Shown here: piece by piece, positions 56,637 to 64,000 of the stretch
How positions within the stretch are numbered: position 1 is the stretch's first letter
How the letters are laid out: each line of letters starts with the position of its first letter
Assembly (NCBI GenBank): GCA_010909165.1
Contig: VJWM01000119.1
Span: forward strand, 620,001 to 684,000
Length of the DNA: 64,000 nucleotides
Direction: 5' to 3'
DNA from: Anthoceros angustus
Lineage: Eukaryota > Plantae > Anthocerotophyta
Program-made: the position numbers and the translations under genes
The notes under the pieces: model-generated
Seen by the model: the letters and a program-made list of their open reading frames with translations, nothing else
Told to the model about the DNA's origin: nothing
The model's database searches: none

Positions 56637-59600
56637 CCTACAGGCACTGGTCTTGGAAATGACACTGCACAACAAGCTGTGCAAGCCGCAAAAGGATGCC
56701 TACGTACTGTGCATGACGACACCAACTTGAGATCCCTTCAGATAAAATCCAGGAATATCTGAACATATGGAATGCACGGATCGCCCCATCAGCTTCTTCG
56801 ATTCCTTCGGGGAAATCTCAAGCGAAATGGTGTACAGTGTACATACACCGAACGGAGTAGATACGCGAACAACGCTCGAGATCTGCCTCTGACTACAATA
56901 TTATGTATGCATTGGCACTTCATGTCTCAACACAAGTTTACACCAAATCATCCCAACCATCCTCATCCCCTCGTGATCCTTGACCCGCCTTTCTCAGCGT
57001 GTTTGATCTATGTTTTGTATACTTATTTGCCATTCGTGAACCATCTGCACTGCGTCTCTGATGGTGGTATGGTCATGTATAGCACTTCGGAATCCTGCCT
57101 CCGCCTGCATAGCTAGTTGTGGGCAAGATGGGCATAGTAGGCCAACCGGATCGATTGTGGACCCAACAAATTGGTGGGTGTACAGAGATTCTACGAGTAG
57201 CCCCCCACACCTCAGGGAGTCAACCGCTGGTAAACAACCCAGCCTCCAGGTGCAGTAGTGTAAGGAATCGAGCACTTCCGAGAAAATGGATGCCCGGGGA
57301 AGGATATGGTGGTCGGCAGGACCAAGAGCGGGAACAAGAGCTCTTGTGGCGACAATTTTCTATGAAGCCTGCCATGCTGTGGGATAGTCGGCGAGGTAAG
57401 AAAAGCTCTTGTTCCCCTGACTTCCGGCGTAAGGGCTCTGGCGAGTTCCTCCGGTTAAACAACATGTGGAAGCCAGCTTGGGTGGATGAGCAGCTGGTTT
57501 CTTTGGATATGCAGATGGGTTGTAGTGTCTCTACTTTCAAGTCGATTTCCCCGAATAAGCCTGAGCCAGGCAGGCGTGCAGGATCGGAATTTGGCGTCCT
57601 AACGGCTTTAACTGTGAGCACGTTATGTCAGCAGGAGAAGCTCACTGAGGCCGTTGGTGCCCTGGAATCTCTGGCGCAGTCAGGCTCTCCTATTTCTGAG
57701 TCTCTTTTTTATACCGTGCTGAAGCTGTGTGCAGCTAAGAAGGATCTGGCTGTGGGCCGACGAGTTCATGATCTCACTGTCAAACTTGGGTAAGTCAAAT
57801 ACATACTTGGGGAACCATATTTTGCGCATGTATGCATCTGGAGGTAGGCTACAGGAGGCCATGGATGTGTTCACCAGGGTGGGAAACCAGATGTCTTCAT
57901 GTGGTTTTCCGTAATTTCTGCACATGCTAAACATGGGAAACCGATTGAGGCCATTCAACTGTACCATGAGATGCGTAGCTCAGGTGTGAAAGCGAATGCT
58001 CATATCTTTGGAGCAGCCCTTCAAGCTTGTGCATTTGCTGCGACTTGGAAGGAGAGGAACATGACCCATCTGCATATCCAAAGATACGAGCTCCTCATCC
58101 ACCCAAGCTGGCTTGAACATGCTGTTTAACCAGAGGACATCGTCGGACCCCTTACGCCGGAAGTCAGGCGAACGAGCTCTCTTGCCTCGCCTGTTATCCC
58201 ACCACATGGCAGGGTCCAGAAAAATTGTCGCCACAGAAGCTCCTGCTGCTCCTCCGATCAGCGGAAATTCCTTCCCCAGCCGTCCATTTGCTGAAGTGCT
58301 GGGTTACACTGCTGCACCTGGAGGCTTGTTTGCTTGCCACCGGCTGGCTCCTACGGCGAGGTGAGCCAGAGCTCCTCATGAATCGTTGTACACCCACCAA
58401 TTTTTGGGCCGACAATGGTCCGGTTGCCATACTGTGGCCATCCTACAGGCACTGGTCTTGGAAATGACACTGCACAACAAGCTGTGCAAGCCGCAGGATG
58501 CCTACGTACTGTGCATGACGACACCAACTTGAGATCCCTTCAGATAAAATCCAGGAATATCTGAACATATGGAATGCACGGATCGCCCCATCAGCTTCTT
58601 CGATTCCTTCGGGAAATCTCAAGCGAAATGGTGTACAGTGTACATACACCGAACAGGTAGATACGCGAACAACGCTCGAGATCTGCCTCTGACTACAATA
58701 TTATGTATGCATTGGCACTTCATGTCTCAACACAAGTTTACACCAAATCATCCCAACCATCCTCATCCCTCGTGATCCTTGACCCGCCTTTCTCAGCGTG
58801 TTTGATCTATGTTTTGTATACTTATTTGCCATTCGTGAACCATCTGCACTGCGTCTCTGATGGTGGTATGGTCATGTATAGCACTTCGAATCCTGCCTCC
58901 GCCTGCATAGCTAGTTGTGGGCAAGATGGGCATAGTAGGCCAACCGGATCGATTGTGGACCCAACAAATTGGTGGGTGTACAGAGATTCTACAATGTACC
59001 TCAGGAGTCAACCGCTGGTAAACAACCCAGCCTCAGGTGCAGCAGTGTAAGGAATCGAGCACTTCCGAGAAAATGGATGGGGAAGGATATGGTGGTCAGC
59101 AGGACCAAGAGCAGGAACAAGAGCTCTTGTGGCGACAATTTTCTATGAAGCCTGCCATGCTGTGGGATAGTCGGCGAGGTAAGAAAGCTCTTGTTCCCTG
59201 ACTTCCGGCGTAAGGGTCTCGGCGAGGTCCTGGTTAAACAACATGTAAGCCAGCTTGGGTGGATGAGCAGCTGGTTTCTTTGGATATGCAGATGGGTCAT
59301 GGTGCTCTACTTTCAAGTCGATTTCCCGATAAGCCTGAGCCAGGCAGGCGTGCAGGATCGGAATGGCGTCCTAACGGCTAACTGTGAGCACGTTATGTCA
59401 GCAGGGAAGCTCACTGAGGCCGTTGGTGCCCTGGAATCTCTGGCAGACAGACTCTCCTATTTCTGAGTCTCTTTTTTATACCGTGCTGAAGCTGTGTGCA
59501 GCTAAGAAGGATCTGGCTGTGGGCCGACGAGTTCATGATCTCACTGTCAAACTTGGATTTGAATCAAATACATACTTGGGGAACCATATTTTGCGCATGT

Positions 59601-59810
59601 ATGCATCTGGAGGTAGGATACAGGAGGCCATGGATGTTTTCACCAGAGTGGGTAAACCAGATGTCTTCATGTGGTTTTCCGTAATCTCTGCACATGCTAA
59701 ACATGGGAAACCGATTGAGGCCATTCAACTGTACCATGAGATGCGTAGCTCAGGTGTGAAAGCGAATGCTCATATCTTTGGAGCAGCCCTTCAAGCTTGT
59801 GCATTTGCTA
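56211..59810. repeat. ~1.8-kb tandem duplication (56211-58040 / 58041-59810) of the divergent PPR 5' ends
   Basis: cgacttggaaggagag.. occurs at 56211 and 58041. Both units end gcttgtgcatttgct. Differences are mostly small deletions. Confidence 0.92.
56637..57127. promoter_or_regulatory. Short intergenic region between divergently oriented PPR genes #3 and #4 (putative bidirectional promoter)
   Basis: Start codons at 56636 (-) and 57128 (+) are separated by 491 bp. Confidence 0.5.
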
Positions 59811-61798
59811 CGGATGTAAAGTCTGGCAGAGAAGTCCACTGTGATGTGTTGAACAGTGGCATGCCTCCTAGCTTGTTTGTTGGCAACTGCTTGGTGGACA
59901 TGTATGTAAAATGTGGCGAACTAGAGGATGCACGCAGTGTTTTTGACAGCTTGGCCACAAAAAATGTGGTTACATGGACGGCTCTTATAGCTGGTTATGC
60001 AAATCATGGGCTCGGTCAAGAGGCGCTTGTTCTGCATGGACAAATGGAGCAGCAGGGCCTGATTGTGGGCAACGATGTTACTGTCGCTTGTCTTTTGAAG
60101 GCATGTGCAAGTGCTGGTGCCTTACAAAAGGGCAGGCAGCTCCACTCACAGATAGTGGAAAGAAAACAGCTAGATAACATAATCGTGGCCAACTGCCTTG
60201 TCGACATGTATGCAAAGTGTGGGGAACTGGGAGATGCACGCAGGGTTTTTGAAAGCTTGGCCACAAAGGATGTGGTGACATGGAATGCCCTTATAGCTGG
60301 GTATGCCAATCATGGACTGGGCCAAGAGGCGCTTGCTCTGTACGGGCGAATGAAACAGCATGGCTTGATTGTGGGTAACCATGTTACTTTTGCTTGCCTT
60401 CTGAAGGCCTGTGGAAGCGTTGGTGCCTTACAGAAGGGTAAGCAGCTGCACTTACAGATTGTGGAAGGCGGACACCTAGGTAACATAATTCTGGGCAACT
60501 GTCTGGTGGATATGTATGTAAAATGTGGGGAATTGGAAGATGCACGCCAGGTTTTTGACAGCTTAGCCACAAAGGATGTAGTGACATGGACGGCGCTTAT
60601 ATCTGGGTATGCAAATGAAGCTCGTGGTACAGAGGCGCTTTTTCTGTATGGACAACTGGAGAAGGAGGGCCTTATTGTGGCTGACGAGGTTACTGTTGCA
60701 TGTCTTTTGAAGGCCTGTGCAAGCGCAGGTGCCTTACAGAAGGGCAGGCAGCTGCACTCACAGATTGTGGAAAGAGGACAGCTAGATAACATAATGGTGG
60801 GTACTTGCTTGGTGGACATGTACGCTAAGTGTGGGGAACTGGAAGATGCACGCAGGGTTTTTGACAGTTTGGCCACAAAAAATGTGGTGACATGGAATGC
60901 CCTGATAGCTGGTTGTGGTAGTTGTGATGAAGGTTCCAATGCACTAGCTTGTTTTGAGGAGATGTTAACTGCCGGTATTCAGCCGAATGATGCTACTTTT
61001 ACTTGCCTTTTAGCAGCATGCAGCCACGAGGGACTGGTGAGTGAGGGTCGCCAGCACTTTGATTCCATGCTTGAGAGCCATGGCATCAAACCTGGGATTG
61101 AGCATTACAATTGCATGGTTGATCTTCTTGGGCGTGCAGGCCATTTAGATGATGCAGAGAACATGCTATTATCATGTGAGAGCCAAAACAATGTTGTGGG
61201 GTTGACGTCCTTGCTGAATGCCTGCCGAAGTCACGGGGATCTAGATCGGGCAAGGCGGTGTTTTGAAAGCCTTGTTAGCCTGGAGCCTCAGGGTGCATCC
61301 TCATATGTCCTCATGGCCAATGCCTATGCAGATGCGGGTAGGTGGTCTGATGTAGATAGGATTGAAACACAGAGAATGGTAGCAGGAGCTAACAAGAAAC
61401 CTGCAGTGGCGGGCATTGAGGTGAAGAACCAGGTACATACATTTGTTGTGGGAGAAAACAGACATGACATTGCTCTGAAGGTAGAGATCACAAATGCACG
61501 TCTGAAGCAAGATGGGGGCCATGTACCGCACACAAAGTTGGTGCTGAAGCCACTGTCTGAGAAGGAGAAGGAAGATGCGCTTTGTGGGCATGCTGAGAAG
61601 CTAGCTTTGGCGTTCGGTCTCTTGAACACTCCAAGTGGTACCCCTCTGGTGGTAACGAAGAATCTACGGATGTGTAGTGACTGCCACAGTTCCACGGAGA
61701 TCATGTCAAGGGTTGAGAAGAGAGACATTGTTGTAAGGGATGGGTACCGTGTGCATCGATTCGCAGCTGGTTGTTGCAGTTGTAAGGGTCGACCGTGA
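57128..61798 (+). CDS. PPR editing factor #4: degenerate PDF motif - PLS array (4 MY(V/A)KCG S motifs) - E - DYW:KP (GRP); split by the 1.8-kb duplication
   Basis: An intact 5' end at 57128-57790 (MGIVGQPDRLW...VKLG) and an intact 3' ORF at ~59450-61798 overlap in sequence and reconstitute one gene. Ends KKPAVAGIEV...HAEKLA...CSDCH...CSCKGRP. Confidence 0.85.
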
Positions 61799-62859
61799 GG
61801 AAAGAAAAAAAGAGCAGCCAATGTTTAGCAGGGTGAAATATCGCATGTGGGAGTGAGGGCAAGAATCAGCAGTGAGGTTCAAGAGGCAGTGGGTCCTGTA
61901 AGCCAGGGGACTGCGCTATAGGTATGATGTGAATTTCAGTTGGCGTGAGGTTTGATGTGAACTGTATGTGTTATGCGTGTCTCCAAGTTGTTGGGGACAT
62001 GATGGAGAGTGGCTAGCAGGCTGTTGCTGCTCCGAGGTGTGCCTGCGCTGAGTACGCTCCCATATCCTGCTGGGATCGCCCGGGATGACCTAATTCTGGT
62101 TGAACTGTGGCAGGGGGAGAGGAACCTTGGGCTGCATTTTGGTGATAATTTTTTGTTGGTCTCCTGTCAAGGAGCAAGACTGGGTGCGGGAGTTCCACGA
62201 CCTCCAGGACTTCTTGCTGGCTTGTCAAAGGTAGTGCTTTCTGTCTGCTCTGATCCAAATGGTGGAGTTAGAGGGAACGTAGCAGAACGCGTCCATGGGC
62301 CTTGGGTGGATGGACAATCACGCTCATTTTTCGGAAAGTCAAGGTAAGGCACAAGGGAAATTCTTGGGAGTGGATGTGAAAGAATAGGTATGTCTTTGCT
62401 TCGCAGCGCAGACCTGATAGATATGAGGCACTCTGGCTACTATCGTTTATAGGTGAAGGATATCATTGAGAGTGATGATGAACTAGTCAGTACTCCGCAG
62501 GTGCAAATGTTGTATGTGGGAGTCCGTGAAGAACAGCGGTCGGTTCTTACAGGAGATGGCCCTTGGCTGTTAATGATATAAGTCTGCAAGCACGAAGAGA
62601 AGTCGAGGAATTAGCTACCAAATTTTCATCACGAGCTCTCTCTCGTCCTCTAAAACAGATCCTGAGTTTGTAGATCGGAGATCCAAGAAGGTCTGACACG
62701 AGGTTCTCGACTTCATTCCTGCACTGACGCGCAGGCCACCAATTTCTGAATGTCTTGGAGTCTAATTACATCACGATAAACAGATCTCCGGATCTGAAAG
62801 CAGATACCGAGATTTGATTCAAGAAGCTCGGAAGCCATGGCAGTCAGCTAAATCGGCTC

Positions 62860-63400
62860 CGGATCATGGAAGTCTCAGCATTAACACAATTTCCAGATCC
62901 ACCAGCAGCAAGCAAGCTGGGAGGGAAAGCGAAACACGCTGAATTTGCCATGAGCACGAGTTTGCCGGAACGGAGAAAACTGATGACTCTCTATCTGGAT
63001 GTTACGGTGCGTCCGATGCGCAGAGAGGTAATGCGGGCAGATGCTGTCATTACAATCCAATCCAGAGTTTTTTTTCACCTGAAACAGGTACCAAGTTTCA
63101 AAATCCAATGTGCATCACAGCTGCGCTCACAGAAATTTGCCTTGACAGCATCAATCTCTTTACCTCGATAGCATCAATCTCCAATTTCCAATTGCACTTG
63201 CATCAGGAACTCCCAAAGCCCTTTTCTTCCCTGCGCAGGGTACGAACTGAAAAGCCACCACAGGTACATGCACACTGTATGCGGACAAGCTGAAAAACAT
63301 TAACATTGACAGTCAATAGAAACTTCGCAACTTCATTGATCAGTCAATAAGCTCATGACCTGGTCAGTGTAGAGATCAGATGTCAAGCATCAGAGTTGAT
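62860..63400 (+). pseudogene. Possible decayed LRR-protein fragment
   Basis: Broken reading LPERRKLMTLYLD...ITIQSRVFFHLKQV...QELPKPFSSLRRV resembles LRR units. Weak evidence. Confidence 0.3.
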
Positions 63401-63476
63401 ATTAAAACCTAGCAGAAGAAAAGTTCTCTCTGCTCTCAAGCTTTTCAGCATCATTTCTGATAGTTCTTGTTTGTTC

Positions 63477-64000
63477 TCATGGTCGACCCTGACAACTGCA
63501 AGAACCAGCTGCAAATCGATGCACACGGTACCCATCCCTTACAACAATGTCCCTCTTCTCCACCCTTGACATGATCTCCGTGGAACTGTGGCAGTCGCTG
63601 CACATGCGTAGATTCTTTGTTACCAACAGAGGTGTGCCACTTGGAGTGTTCAAGAGACCAAACGCCAGAGCTAACTTCTCTGCATGTCCGCAAAGCATTT
63701 CTTCCTTTTCCTCCTCAGACAGTGGCTTCAAAACCAACTTTGTATGTGGTATGTGGCCCCCTTCCTGCTTCAGACGTGAATTCATGCCCTCTACCTCGAG
63801 GGAAATCTTATCTTTGTTTTCTCCCACCACAAATGTATGTATCTGCTTCTTCACCTCAATGCCCGCCATTGCAGGTTTCTTGTAAGCTCCTGCAACTAAT
63901 CTCTGCGTTTCAATCCTGTTCACATCGGTCCACCTACCTGCATCTGCATACGCATTGGCCATGAGAACATATGCAGATGCACTCTGAGGCTCCAGTCTAA
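63477..64000 (-). CDS. PPR editing factor #5, C-terminal part (E2 + DYW:KP, GRP); 5' part lies outside the window
   Basis: SAYVLMANAYADAGRW, KKPAMAGIEV, LCGHAEKLALAFG, KNLRMCSDCH and CSCQGRP. Confidence 0.93.
   Translation of the reverse strand, partial: RLEPQSASAYVLMANAYADAGRWTDVNRIETQRLVAGAYKKPAMAGIEVKKQIHTFVVGENKDKISLEVEGMNSRLKQEGGHIPHTKLVLKPLSEEEKEEMLCGHAEKLALAFGLLNTPSGTPLLVTKNLRMCSDCHSSTEIMSRVEKRDIVVRDGYRVHRFAAGSCSCQGRP

Noticed and set aside
58041-59450. Two additional PDF-PPR pseudogene 5' ends
   Set aside because: They are the indel-rich second copy of 56211-57700 and are treated as part of the duplication, not as independent genes.
13879-61821. Numerous 100-330-aa antisense ORFs over PPR genes (SSSPHFAYMSTR repeats)
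   Set aside because: Shadow frames of the repetitive PPR coding strand; their repetition simply mirrors the PPR triplets.
62009-62352. Short ORFs between PPR genes #4 and #5
   Set aside because: No recognisable family or coherent exon structure.
1-64000. tRNA, rRNA or organelle-derived (NUMT/NUPT) sequence that might carry the editing targets
   Set aside because: None recognised by eye; a tRNAscan/Infernal run and BLAST against the organelle genomes would be needed to exclude short pieces.

Overview
Eukaryotic land-plant nuclear DNA, most consistent with a hornwort such as Anthoceros. This is inferred from the DYW:KP/'GRP'-ending PPR proteins, the long-L PPR motifs and the ~100-nt GT-AG introns. 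The left part holds ordinary genes: a 5'-truncated UDP-glucuronate 4-epimerase, an EID1-like F-box gene, an intronless GC-rich microbial-type aldo/keto reductase and a 10-exon EGY1-like M50 metalloprotease. The dominant feature is a cluster of intronless PLS-class PPR RNA-editing-factor genes. Five end in the variant DYW:KP deaminase domain (KPAxA box, HAExn-CxxC, C-terminal GRP), the class associated with reverse U-to-C organellar editing. One is a WW-type PLS-E+ gene lacking the catalytic DYW, and there are several PPR pseudogene fragments. The most striking observation is that every DYW:KP gene whose 5' end is visible carries, between its transit peptide and PPR array, a ~50-aa WWDNR..K.....PDF..K....LWL....P.WV motif matching the ssDNA-binding PDF motif of organellar OSB proteins; the WW-type paralog has lost the core of that motif. 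The paralogs differ by whole 306-bp P-L-S triplets and at RNA-code residues. Interspersed are LINE remnants, a copia fragment with LTR, a Harbinger transposase remnant, minisatellites, a ~700-bp pure-purine tract, a decayed small secreted cysteine protein gene, and several near-identical tandem duplications that may be long-read assembly artefacts.
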